Shown piece after piece: positions 41,985 to 54,790 of a DNA stretch of 64,000 nt. Position 1 is the stretch's first letter; each line of letters begins with the position of its first letter. The stretch is taken from the NCBI RefSeq assembly GCF_009914755.1, contig NC_060936.1; one strand, given 5' to 3'. The translations under genes were made by a program, and so were the position numbers. This DNA comes from the human T2T-CHM13v2.0 reference genome, Homo sapiens. The notes below the pieces were generated by a model. It was not told the DNA's origin and made no database searches. It worked only from the letters and a program-made list of their open reading frames with translations.

Positions 41985-44273
41985 TGAATATGGTTTGGCT
42001 GTGTCTCCAGCCAAATGTCAACTTGAATTGTATCTTCCAAAATTCCCACATGTTGTGGGAGGGACCTAGGAGGAGGTAATTAAATCATGGTGGCTGGTCT
42101 TTCTTGTGCTATTCTAGTGATACTGAATACATCTCATGAGATCTGATGGGTTTATCAGGGGTTTCTGCTTTTGCTTCTTCCTCATTTTTCTCATGCCATT
42201 GCCATGTAAGAAGTGCCTTTCGCCTCCCACTGTGATTCTGAGGCCTCCCCAGCCATGTGGAACTGTAAGTCCAATTAAACTTCTTTTGGTTCCCAGTTTT
42301 GGGTATGTCTTTATCAGCAGTGTGAAAACAAACTAATACAGTAAGTTGGTACCAGTAGTGGGATGTTGCTGAAAAGATAACTGAAAATGTGGAAGCAACT
42401 TTGGAACTGGGTAATAGGCAGAGGTTGGAACAGTTTGGAGGGGTCAGAAGAAGACAGGACAATGTGGGAAAGTTTGGAACTTCCTAGAGACTTGTTGAAT
42501 GGCTTTGACAAAAATAGTGATATGAACAATTCTAGGCTGAGATGGTCTCAGATGTAGATGAGGAACTTGTTGGGAACTGGAGCAGAGGTGACTCTTGTTA
42601 AGTGACTCTTGTTATGTTTTAGCAAAGAGACTGGCAGCATTTAGCCCCTGCCCTAGAGATTTGTGGAACTTTGAACTTGACAGGGATGATTTAGGGTATC
42701 TGGCAGATGAAATTTCTAAGGAGCAAAGCCTTCAAAAGTGACTTGGGTGCTGTTAAAAGCATTCCATTTTAAAAGGGAAACAGAGCATAAAATTTCAGAA
42801 AATTTGCAGCCTGGCAATGCAGTAGAAAAGAAAAATCCATTTTTTGAGGAGAATTTCAAGCTGGCTGCAGAAATTTGCATAAGTAGCAAAGATACTAATG
42901 TTAATCCCCAACAGCATGGGGAAAATGTCTCCAGGCCATGTCAGCAACCTTCATGGCAGCCGCTCCCATCACAGGCCCAGAGGCCCAGGAGGAAAAAACA
43001 GTTTTGTGGGCCAGGCCAGGCTCCCTGTGCTGTGTGCACCCTTGGGACTTGGTGCCCTGTGTTCCTGCCACTCCAGCCATGGCTGAAAGGGGCCAATGTA
43101 GAGCTTGGGCTCTGGGTTTAGAGGGTGGAAGCCCCAAGCCTTGGCAGCTTTCACATGATGTTGAGCCTGTGGGTACACAGAAGTCAAGAATTGAGGTTTG
43201 AGAACCTCTGCCTAGATTTCAGAAGATGTATGGAAATGCTTGGATGCCCAGGCAAAAGTTTTCTGCAGTGGTGGGGCCCTCATGGAGAACCTCTGCTAGG
43301 GCAGTGCAGAAGGGAAATACGGGGTCGGATCCCCACATAGAGTCCTTTCTGGGGCACTGCCTAATGGAGCTGTAAGAAGAAGATGCCACTATCCTTCAGA
43401 CCCTAGAGTGGTAGATACACAGACAGCTTGCACCGTGCACGTGGAAAAGCCTCAGACACTCAATGCCAGCCCATGAAAGCAGCCAGGAGGGAGGCTGTAC
43501 CTTGTAAAGACACAGGGGCAGAGCTGCCCAAGACTATGGGAACCCACCTCTTGCATCAGCATGACCTGGATGTGAGACCTGGAGTCAAAGGAGATCATTT
43601 TGGAGCTCTAAGATTTGACTGCCCTGCTGGATTTCAGACTAGCATGGGCCCTCTTACCCCTTTGCTTTGGCCAATTTCTCCTATTTGGAATGGCTATATG
43701 TACTCAATACCTGTACCCCCATTGTATCTAGGAAATAACTAGCTTGCTTTTGATATTCAGGCTCATAGGCAGAAGGGACTTGCCTTGTCTCAGATGAAAC
43801 TTTGGACTGTGGACTTTTGGGTTAATGTTGAAATGAGTTAAACCTTTGGGGGACTGTTGAGAAGGCATGATTGATTTTCAAATGTAAGGACATGAGATTT
43901 GGAGGGGTTGGGATGGAATGATATGGTTTGGCTGTGTCCCCACCCAAGTCTCAACTTGAATTTTTTCTCTCAGAATTCCCACGTGTTGCAAGAGGGACCC
44001 AGGGGGAGGTAATTGAATCATGGGGGCCAGTTTTTCCCATGCTATTCTCATGACAGTAAATAAGTCTCAGGAGATCGTATCAGTTAATCAGGTGTTTCCA
44101 CGTTTTCTTCTTCCTCACTTTTCTCTTGCCGCGGCCATGTAAGAATTGCCTTTTGCCTCCTGCCATGATTCTGAGGCCTCCCCAGCCATGTGGAACTATA
44201 AGTCCAATTAAACCTCTTTTTGTTCTCAGTTTTGGTTATGTCTTTTTTAGCAGCATGAAAAAAAACTAATACA
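41985..44273 (+). mobile_element. Complete THE1A-type MaLR provirus (5' LTR 41985-42340, internal 42341-43918, 3' LTR 43919-44273)
   Basis: Two direct ~355-bp LTRs ending ctaataca; internal region starts gtaagttggtaccag; purine-rich tract at 43901-43918; probable TSD ACCTG. Confidence 0.95.
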
Positions 44274-45489
44274 ACCTGTTTCTAGATTAAAGTATATTTT
44301 GATGGTAACTTAACATTTAGCCCAGAGTTGATACTGATGTCAATATAAAATCTGAAGTAGACATAGAATTATGGTATACTTTGGGGTAAGAAGTGGAAGT
44401 ACTTGGAAAAAATTCAACAGATAAGCAGTCAATTAGCATATTAAACTATATAGTATATAAAACTATTCATTATAGTAATCAATATTACAAACAACTTTTC
44501 TAGGGAATCTTTGAAATGATGAATGCTCAAGGATCCTAAGTATATCAATCTATACAATGCAAATTTTAACAACTTATGTAAGCAATTCTACATCTATCTA
44601 TCATGAACTTCCATTATGAAAAACATCACTTTTAGTATGAATATCAGAGTCATCTAAATTTTACAGACAAAGAAATCGATTGTGGAATAAAATTTTTCAA
44701 CCAAACCAAATGTTTAAAATTTTGCTCATGTTTTTCGTTTCAGCAAATAAAAGCAATAGGTCTCTTTTCTTTTCAGCATTCAATTTTTCAATTGATTTTT
44801 ATTGATGTGTTATGGATTATTTTTCTGTTAAAATACATATTTTTAAACCCTTCTGAACTTTCCAATAATACTTTAATATTATTTTATATCAGTTATATTC
44901 TCATAATTGAGTTAGATCATTTCCTCTATAGTTTAATAAACCACTGTTAGAATATTTTTTAAATGCTAATAACACTCTATCTACTGCATTGTACTACATT
45001 TTGCATAACAATTATATATTAAAATACTTTTCTAATATTGATTTTCTAAGTTGATTTTCTAATATCTAATTTTCTAAGTTGAAATTTGTCTTCCCCATCC
45101 TCTTGGACATTGAATAAAATGATTACTGTGAATATCAACATTTTATATTCCTTAAATGTTTGAAGATAGCTTTCATTTTTCTCTTCTATCTTTATTTCAC
45201 TGGGCTAATCATTCTCATTTTTTCTCTTCTCGCTTTTGACTCTCATCATCATAGTCTACCTTGTGTCGGGGCTGTTTTCAAATAAAGCAGGTTATGCACA
45301 AAATTAAATATATTGTGATTAACAACTTTCTTAATTTGAACTCTGTATTTCAACAAATGCAACTGAATTCTTATTAGATTCATGGTAATAAGTTTACATT
45401 TGTTTTTAACTAAAATTCCCTGAAGCTTGTTCACATGTGCTAATGGTAAATCCCACCTTTCCCATTCTGTCTTGCCTGTTATATCCCTA

Positions 45490-45650
45490 TCCATTTGTCT
45501 TCTTCCCTCTCCCTTCCTACTTGCTTTCCTCTCTCTTCCTCCCTTCCTTTCTTCTTTCTTCTCTCTCTTTATTCATTTTCTTCCTATTCTCTCTTCCTAT
45601 TTAGTTTTCTCCTTTATTTCCTCCATTTTGTTCTTCCTTTCTTTCTGCAT
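45490..45650. repeat. CT-rich low-complexity tract
   Basis: Direct. Confidence 0.85.
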
Positions 45651-46289
45651 GACCACTCTGTTGACAAAAGTCAATGATAGCTTAGATTGACATAAAGCAG
45701 CCATAAACAGCAATAGAGTATATCAAACAGTGCATTTTTATAAAATATGAAGAAGGAAGTTAGTATGGTCATGATATATACCAGTGAGAGCTACAGGATT
45801 ATCTAAATCCTCACCATCATGTAGACAGTTACTGATTTTATCTGAGTTAGGGATACATAGATCTCCTAGAAAATTATCTCTGCAACTTCCAGACCCAGCA
45901 CTATATATCTATACATTAGAATGGAACAGCTTTTCAAATGGGGTAGTTTAGATTTGTGCTAGGGTTATCTCTGGGGTGTATTCTGATTAGACAGTACTAT
46001 AAAAAACTGTACTCTTAAGCACTGTTACCATTTTTCTTCATCATGTTCAGTTTTGCCAGGCTACACTACTTGGTAAAAGTAGATTCCTGATTTTCATTCT
46101 GTGGAACTCATGCTTTATGTTTTCACATATATTTTCTTTATACACTTTGCATTTCTCTCCTATATTTTTCATATTATTGTGTTTGTTTTTGATATTTTGT
46201 TTGTTCTGGAAAGGATCTGTATCTTTCAATGGACTCAGCATCTGTTTCCATCTTCAGAAGAAACTATTTAGAAAAAAATACAGATCTCA

Positions 46290-46500
46290 AAATGCAAGAA
46301 CTGAGGACTGGCTCTGCTACATATTAGCCCTGTAACTTGAGCTAGTTATTTAATCTCTCCTATGCTTCAGTTTCTTAATCCGAGAAAAGGATAAAAATAA
46401 TACCAATCTCATATATTTTTATGATAATTAAAATACATAGTTTATTTCCAGTATCCAGCAAACTATCTGATACAGATACAGAACTTAATAGAAATAGCAA
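46290..46500 (+). mobile_element. MIR
   Basis: tgtaacttgagctagttatttaatctctcctatgcttcagtttcttaatc core. Confidence 0.65.
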
Positions 46501-46521
46501 TTAGTTTGATCAATTTGCCAT

Positions 46522-46910
46522 TGTTTTAATCAGCTCAGGCTACCATAACAAGAACATCATAAATTGAGTGGTGTAAACAACAGAAATTTACTTCCCCCAG
46601 TTCTAGAGGCTGGGAATTCCAAAATCAAGGGACTGGCCAATTTGGTTCCTGGTGAAGTCTCTTTTCCTGGCTTGTAGAGGGTGGCCTTCTGACTTACATA
46701 CTGGCTTGACCTTACCATGCTGTATGCATGCAAAAAGAGAGATAAATCTCTCTCTCTCGTTCTTCTTATAAAGCCCTAAATTCTATCAACTTAAGATCCC
46801 CTCTATGACCTCATTCAAACCTAATTATCTGCTAAGAGCTTTGTCTTCTAATAAAATCACATTGAGAGTTTGGGCTTCAACATATTATTTGGGGGGACAA
46901 AATTCCACAT
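46522..46910 (-). mobile_element. MaLR solo LTR (MLT1A-like)
   Basis: gctcaggctaccataaca...aacaacagaaatttac...tatgacctcattcaaacctaatta...gggcttcaacata. Confidence 0.8.
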
Positions 46911-47179
46911 ATATCAGTTATCAAATCACTCCATCAAGCCATTTAAAAATATTGAAGAGAACAACGATTTGGTCGTCTGTGTGTATTCCATGTGTATATT
47001 CATATACAGATCACACTTTCAGACACACAAATGTGAATTCTCCTCTTTTCACCATTCACTAATCACTAATCAATTTTTATTAGGTATTTTGTTGTAGCAT
47101 TGATTTTTTTGACATTTAGAAAATGATATTCCATTTCTTTTTCTTACTATAATTACTAATCAATTAAAACAAGTTTTTG

Positions 47180-47362
47180 GTCTCTACTAAAAATACAAAA
47201 ATTAGCTGGGCATGGTGGCGGCTGCCTATAATTCCAGGTACTAGGGAGGCTGAGGCAGGAGAATCACTTGAACCTGGGAGGCAGAAGTTGCAGTGAGCTG
47301 AGATTGCGCACTGCACTCCAGCCTGGGTGACTAAGTGAGACTCCGTTTAAAAAAAAAAAAAA
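47180..47362 (+). mobile_element. 5'-truncated AluS (linker plus right monomer)
   Basis: Starts gtctctactaaaaatacaaaaattagc and ends in poly(A). Confidence 0.9.
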
Positions 47363-47708
47363 GCTTTTACTTTTATTTACTATGTGCCAGGACATTATTC
47401 TAAGAATTTTTACATGTAACAATTAACTTTTACAGTTTTTATACTCCTTTGTCTTCTTTTCTCGAAATTTTAATAATTTCTGTGTATCATTCTTGGGTCA
47501 CCTCTTGCTGTGAGGCTACAGAGAGGGGTGGAAAGGGTTATTAGTTTTGAAGTCAACTGGATATACATTACTTAGTTTGTTGAATAAATTATCACATTTT
47601 CTTTTTTTTTCTCTTCCTTCCATTCTCCTTTCCTTTCTCTCTTTGTTGGTTTCTTTTACTTTTGTTTTCTTCTTTCCTACACTGTTCCTGCCTTATTTCT
47701 TTTTCTCC

Positions 47709-47739
<31 letters not shown>

Positions 47740-48148
47740 CTATGGGAGGACATTGTTTTGGACCAGCCTCCTGCACTAGGCTCCTGAAGACCAGACCAAA
47801 CAGAATGCAGTAATTTGTGCTAAGTATATATAATCAAGCTGAACTTTAAAATGGGCCAGTTTTCAGAAAAAAATCTGGATATTCCCGTCAGCCTACGTCA
47901 ACATAACAGAAATAGTTCCCACTCTGTCTTAACGCTGTAAGGAAAGTCACTTTGAAATTACCAATCTACTTTTCGTTTCCTGTTTCTGTCTCTTCAGCCC
48001 TTTTCTGCCCATAAAGCCAGCTTCCCCTGCTCAGCTCATTGGAACACTCATTCTAATTTATAGAATGTGGTGTTGCCCGACTCTGGAATAACAAATAAAA
48101 GCCAATTAGATTTTTAAACAAAATTTGTTATAATTTTGTCTTTTGACA
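47709..48148 (+). mobile_element. ERV1 (MER4-group) solo LTR with internal poly(A) expansion
   Basis: TG...CA termini, perfect 4-bp TSD CTCC (47705-47708, 48149-48152), TATA-like cataaa and AATAAA; exact family not assigned. Confidence 0.8.
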
Positions 48149-50175
48149 CTCCTTTCCTCCTTTTGTGTGACTATATTCATTGTTATTTCCTTACTTGCTT
48201 GTCTTTACTCTGTGTAGGTAGTACAGCTTTACTTCTTATATTTACTATCTTCATTTTGGTAAGTAATTTAACCTTTTCATAATTTTTAAAAATAGGGATA
48301 ATATATATGGTATACACAAAATATGTCTGATACATTGTAGGCAATTCCCAAAGTTTATTGAGAACAGTTTAGTACTTGTATTTTAAAATTCTCTCATTAT
48401 TCTGAATGAGACTTTTGTGAGTAATCAGCATTTAGCAAGTCTTGGGAGCACAGTCTTTCAGGTTCTCTGTAGATATACACATAAGCATATGTTCTTTAAA
48501 AACAAACAATGATAACAAACAAAAAAGAGCATAGTTTCAAACATGATCTAATTCTGCCCCATTCTAATTGTGGATAGTCACTGATGACCAAATATCACTT
48601 AAACATATATGTGACATCTTTACTTTGACTTGAAATCAGCAATTAACTGCAGATTGAAAAATTTGAATCCATATGCCAACTTAATTTACATAATTAAATT
48701 ATCTTAAAGATTCTCTCTAATATTTCTCTATTTTATTTTATCTTTCTCCATCAAACAACTTTTATTGTAAGAACACGAGTATTTTACAAAATGCAGAACC
48801 AAATCAGCAAACACATTTCTTAGGCAAAGAGAAGAGAGTCGCTCAGGAAAATTTAACAGGTGGTATTTTAAATACAATATACAATTTCCCCTCCCCACCC
48901 CAGAAAAAAAAATGGCATTAAGGAGACTTAGCAGATAATCACTCAGTCTTGATATCTATTTTCAACATATAAAATTAGTAAGACAAAGCCTGATTGGCTC
49001 AACCTAGATGATTTGAAAAGAATGAAATCATTTAGCTATGGCCAAAGGACTCAGGCTTATAGGAGAGAGAAGGATACAGAAAGGTCTCAAAGAAGAGGTA
49101 CCTGTTGGATAGACTAATCAGCCTCACACTAGTGCCTTCCAACCATAGGGTACCAATACCATACCTACTGTGACATATTTGACATGTCACCATATGTGAA
49201 ATTTCTAGATCCTTTTTTAAAGCACAAATGCAGGTATTATAAACAATGAACCCAAGTTCAAGCTAGCACCAATCCCAAAGTCACATCCCCAAAAGGCAAA
49301 TGTGTTCATATCAATTAATAACTGACATGCTGAGGTCACTCACTGAGTTTAAATCATTCACATGGTGTCCGTGGCTTTCAGAGAATTGTTGTGACCCTTT
49401 CAGATTCAGAAACCTATGGGCTAAACATTAAATGTAAATGCTGCAAATACAAAACTTTACATACTAATTGAAGAACCAAGCATGCCAATTTACCAAGCTG
49501 CAAAACAAATTGCTCATTACCCCTAACAGACAAATTATTCCCCTTGAGCTCTAAAATCTAAAAACATTTGAGTGAGGAGCACTCATCTTTAATCATGGGA
49601 GATTCAATGCTCAACCACGACCCCTAGTTGCACAGGAGAAGCATACATGCCTAGGTCTTGCCTAAAACCATATTCCACATTCTTTGGGTCAACAACTTGA
49701 CTGCACAATCTGTAGTTTCAAGCTTATCATGAGTAGAGTCTGCAATAGGCCTTTCCTGTGTTCGTAAGACCAGTTACATCTAACTGAAGGGAAGAATAAG
49801 AAACAGCCTGCTGTTGTTCTTCCCTCAAATTAATGAACAGGAGTGCAGTGGGTCTTCATGTGAATAAGAAGACAAAAGGGAAGCTCAGCAAACCTGCTTA
49901 AATCTATAGTGTTAGCAGGCCAGCTTGGCAGCCATGAATAATCTATATATTGTATTACTGGAGTGAGCACAATGGGCTAAGAAGGCAAACCAAAATCCAG
50001 ACACATCTAAGGAGATAATTCAAAGTGTATAGGCATGCACACATTCTGCACATTTTTTTTCATGCTCTATACGAGGCTTTTACACTAAATTTTTAAAACA
50101 CAGGATGTGATTCCTGACATTCTATCAACCATTTTATTAGGTGATATGTATCACAAATCATAAAGATCAAATCTC

Positions 50176-50215
50176 TACTATAGCCCTACCACCCTGAATG
50201 CACCCAATCTAGTCT
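50176..50215 (+). pseudogene. Tailless 5S rRNA retropseudogene fragment (about nt 1-40)
   Basis: ctatagccctaccaccctgaatgcacccaatctagtct vs 5S CTACGGCCATACCACCCTGAACGCGCCCGATCTCGTCT; differences mostly at CpGs. Confidence 0.85.
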
Positions 50216-50289
50216 AATATTTCTCTATTTTAATTCCACACAGCTGGAGCCCTCCATTATTATAAGTTTGAAGTTTTGCAAATCTTCCC

Positions 50290-50600
50290 TTTTTGTTTAT
50301 TTAGTAATATATAACGTAAAATTCAGTCCTTTTAAAGTGTACAATTTACTGAATCTTAATGAACTTATACAATAATGTAACCACCACCAAAATAAAAATG
50401 AGAAATATTTCCATTGTCCGAAACAGGGTCTTCATTACCCTTTGCATTACTTTTTTCCTACATTACTCCAAGAATGTGGCAACTATTGGTATAATAGTTT
50501 TTAGATTTGCCTTTTCTAGAATGTCACATAATAATAAATCTTTCCTTTTAGATTTGCCTTTTCTAGAATGTCACATAATAATAAATCTTTCCTTTCTATA
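50290..50600 (-). mobile_element. Old L1M 3' fragment containing a 47-bp tandem duplication
   Basis: ttttaaagtgtacaatt...taaccaccaccaaaataaaaatgagaaatatttccatt...ttttctagaatgtcacata. Confidence 0.7.
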
Positions 50601-53600
50601 GTGACTAGTTCATTGTTACTAAAAAAGGGCCTATAACGGGCAAATAAGCAGAAAAAAAATGTTCTAATCAGACACAATGCTACTACTTGGCTGTTAGGCA
50701 TTGTGTCTTCCTGCCTTCCAACTGCAAAAAAAAAAAATGTCATTTTTCAGGGCTCTAGGCTTGAACGTATTAAAGATTGGTTGTTTATCTAAGGTGCGCT
50801 TCACTAAAAATATTTCATACAAATCAATAATTAGTTATCTCAAGATTTTCAAAGATATTCTTGAATTAGGAGGAAATTCTCTCGACAAATCAAATGTTCA
50901 CCAAAAGGCCATTTTATCTGATGGTTCCTAGATGAGGTGACCAAAGCATTCACATCCAAAGTGTACTGAGACTGAGGATGAGATATGTGTCCTGCTGAGA
51001 TAAGAACCTGATGGGCCTTTGCCTGTCTTAAAGTAAATTCCTTTTAGTAGAGATTGACTTTCTCTTTTCTGCTATGATTTTTCTGCTCAAGTTATACTAG
51101 AAAAGTATTTTTCAAATAGGAGTATAAAACAACTAGCCAGAATGATGATGAGAAATGATTAAGAATTCTAGTGATTTTAAGGGAATAGAGTTTATATTAT
51201 CCACTCCAGCATAGTGATGGTTTTCTAGTGGGAAAAATAGAACTGGAACTGCATATGTTGTGATAGTTTGGTGGCAGGATACAAAAGAAATTCTTTGAAA
51301 CAGCATTTAAAATTCCCTCAGGAGTATAAACATTATTTCTTCCTTGCCTGTGGGCAGCAGAGTGTAACATATGGGACATACATGCAATATGAGAGAAAAC
51401 TGACAAACAGGAGGGACATGTTCTTTCCCTCTCTGTGGTCCCAGTTTGGTCTTTAGATTCTTAGGCACTATTCCCACTCTAGACAAGCTGGAAATAGATT
51501 TAGAATACAGAAACATATGCGTTAGAGGAATATCCCTAGAACTTTAAAGTTCAAAAGAAATAAGAAATTATGTAGCCTCCATATAACTCTATACAAGTTG
51601 TATTAGATGTGATATTTTGGAAGTTTGAACAATTGATTTGTGCATTTTACTTTATATTTATGACCTTAAGGAAAATTCATTAACTAGTGTGATTTTGTTA
51701 ACTCCCTAACTGCTGATAAAGAGCAAGGGACACTGTGAACTTTCGATTCATCTGAGTTTATTGGAAGGGAAAAAAGTCACTAAAAATCCATGATAATAAA
51801 ATTACTTAATGAATATTGAATAACCTATGATAAGTTATTGATATAAATTTAGTAAATGCTACATTTTAAATAAATAATATAAATAAGTTTATAAATAATG
51901 CCTTTAAGTCAATCATAAAGCATATGCTTTAAAATAAGAGTGGTTAGGGTAACTAGACAGGTTTTGCTATGTTTTATGTGGAGATAGAGGAGTGTATTTT
52001 AGAAATTGATGACTTTCTCTGTAAAGTTAAGTCAAGCGATTATTTTAATTTTTTCCCTTTATGGTTAAGACTCATAAAATATTGCTTTATTTCTAGAAAT
52101 AGCGTTGATTTTTACTGTCTTTTCCTTTTGAAAACTAACACTCCAAAGAGAACACTAGACTTCCTGCATCGCTTTTCAACGTCTCAACCCATTTTAGAGG
52201 AGAATTCTGCCCAAAACACCTTAAATTTCTCATAAAATTATTTTTACATTTTGTTGCTGGTGAAATGTCACCTAAAACATTTTAATGTAAATTATTTGTT
52301 AAGGTAACTGGATTCTCAAGATGTAATATATTTATGTCTAACCTATAGCCCTTCATAGTACAGTAGCAGCCTCAACTTGTAAAAAAAATCACAATAAGCT
52401 GAAAAAAATACAAAACGAAATTAGCATTGTGACAGCAAAAACAAGGAGCACTAGGAAAATCAGGAAATTGAATGACACTGAAGAACATTGTATTTTTAAA
52501 AAATTTTTCTATTGTAGTGCTTCTTAGTAAAAGTTGAAATTAAAGCTACTGATTTCCTATTAGCAAATAAGGGAAACAGTCTAAGAGCACCTGAAAACTG
52601 GAAAATCTTTTATTTCTTAAAAGCTCTTTACCTTTGAAAACATCTTCATATGCAAACTTATAAACCCCACATTTTAAATGACAAATCCAATTATTTTCTT
52701 TGAAAGCAAAACAAAAACTAAAAACCAAAGAGAGTACTGAAGTTGTGGAAAAACATGGGTAGTCTTGTAGTTCACTCTCTAAGTCCTTTTGTATTCCCTC
52801 CAAAGTCATTATTTGTGGTTTCAGATAGAAAATACATTCAGGCAGCAAATCATGTTCCTTTTGATGGTATAATGTGATAATTCTCAAAAGGATCTCAGCA
52901 CCCCCTTGTTCATATTTATGCAATTAACTAGTACTTTAAATGCCTAATATATCTCAAAATGAAGGCTAAATATTTCATTTTAATAAGATTTCATTTGATT
53001 GGAATTTTGGTTGTGAAGGACATTTGATGACACCTTTTCTTTTCATGTCTAAATTGCAGCTTATCAGTGGGAATTTCCACTTAGCTCTCAATAAATTTGG
53101 GGAATAAATGCCAAAATAAGAAAACATTAAGGAAATGGAAAAGTCCTAACAATATTATAGGGTTGATAGCACCTTTTTTATTACACCAGGGATTACTGAA
53201 AGGCAATGCACTTTTCACATTTTTCTAAGTCTTTATTTGCTATTACAGTTTAAAAAATCAATTAGAAAGATTATGTCATTCAATAATTATGATCAAAAGT
53301 AAAGAGGATAATTCAACTTTTCCAGGTTTTCTTTGATAATCAAATTGGCATAATTAAAGTGTGTTTCTCCTGTTAATTGCAATATTCAAGTAACAATAAT
53401 AACCATTAATGAACAAATTTTCACATTTATGAATGGTATAATTTCATCAGATCATACATCATTCCTTTAACCATCTCTGGAGTTGTTATCAGTCTTTGCT
53501 GACCATTGCTGCCCTCAAAATTGCTTTCCTCATGGCAAATATAGTGTTTCTATGAGAATTTTGGCTTGAATTTGCAATAGCACATGTGACACCTATTTGA

Positions 53601-53649
53601 ATATATGGTCATTTTTTGAGCTCACAATTTTACTTCTAAGTAAATACTC

Positions 53650-54054
53650 TGTGATGATGAATATTACACATCAATTTGGCTAGATTAAGACAAATAACGT
53701 GTCTTTTTTTGGTCACACACTAGATGTGAAGATATTTTGTAGATAGGACTAATATCTACTTTAAACAACTCTACCTTAACATTTATTTTAAGTTGATTTA
53801 AAGCAAAGAGATAATCCTTAATTTGCCTCATCTAGTCAGTCAAATGTTTTAAAAGCAAAAACCGAGGTTTTCCAGAGAAGAAGGAATTCTGCCTCAAGAC
53901 TGTAACTTAGAAATCATTTCCCAGTTTCCAGACTGCCAGTCTGTGCTAAATGTCAACTCTTAGCTGAGTTTCCAGCCTGCTGGCCCGCCTCACAAATGTT
54001 GAACTTTCCAGGCACTACAATCAGGAACCAATTTCTTAAAATCACTCTCTCTCT

Positions 54055-54108
<54 letters not shown>

Positions 54109-54147
54109 CTATAGGGTCTGTTTCTCTAAAGAATGCTGAGTGATACA
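53650..54147 (+). mobile_element. MLT2 (MLT2D-like) ERVL LTR with internal (CA)n at ~54058-54106
   Basis: tgtgatgatgaatattacacatcaatttggctag...gaagaaggaattctgcctcaagactgtaac...tctgtttctctaaagaatgctgagtgataca. Confidence 0.8.
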
Positions 54148-54565
54148 AATTTTGGTGCTGGGAATGGTTCTAGAAGGACAGACTCTTCAAAATAAATTTT
54201 CTGAATTGATTCTGGGATTTTCTAGAATTGGTGCTCTAATCTGGTTAGATATAAAGGTACCAATGGCTCTATTTCTAGTAGTAAAGAGAGCACTGATGTT
54301 TTGTGGTGTGACGTGGCAAGAAAACTACGTGAAATGTCTCCATTGAATGCAATGGAAATATTCAAAATACATTGAAAATATCTCCTAATCAAATACAAGA
54401 GGAAAGGTTCTGGATGATCATGTATTTGATATTTTAGGACATTCTGTCAAACTAACAAGTAAAATGAGATTAGCTGATTGCTCCTAATTGTTCTGGACAA
54501 AGTGGGTACAGAAAAGGATGAGCTCATGGTTTCAAATTCCCAGCTCAAGTACAACATACATGATC

Positions 54566-54601
54566 TGAAAGTTTCTATATCTATCCTGAAAAACAAAAAA
54601 C

Positions 54602-54650
<49 letters not shown>

Positions 54651-54721
54651 ATCTCCTGTAGCAAAATTCAGCTACTTACAGGATAAGACTACTTATGGGT
54701 TAAGTTTGCTACAGGAGATAA

Positions 54722-54761
<40 letters not shown>

Positions 54762-54790
54762 TGTTTTCAGGATAGATATAGAAACTTTCA
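54566..54790. repeat. Long inverted repeat: arms 54566-54665 and 54705-54790, 39-bp spacer, with (CA)n/(TG)n in the arms
   Basis: tgaaagtttctatatctatcctgaaaa...(CA)n...ccttatctcctgtagcaaa mirrored by tttgctacaggagataaagg(TG)n...ttttcaggatagatatagaaactttca. Confidence 0.97.

Noticed and set aside
42738-43742. Cluster of overlapping ORFs
   Set aside because: Fragments of the degraded THE1 internal region, with stops and frameshifts
52546-52923. 125-aa minus-strand ORF in non-repeat sequence
   Set aside because: No recognisable domain, coding bias or exon structure; this length is expected by chance in six frames of 64 kb
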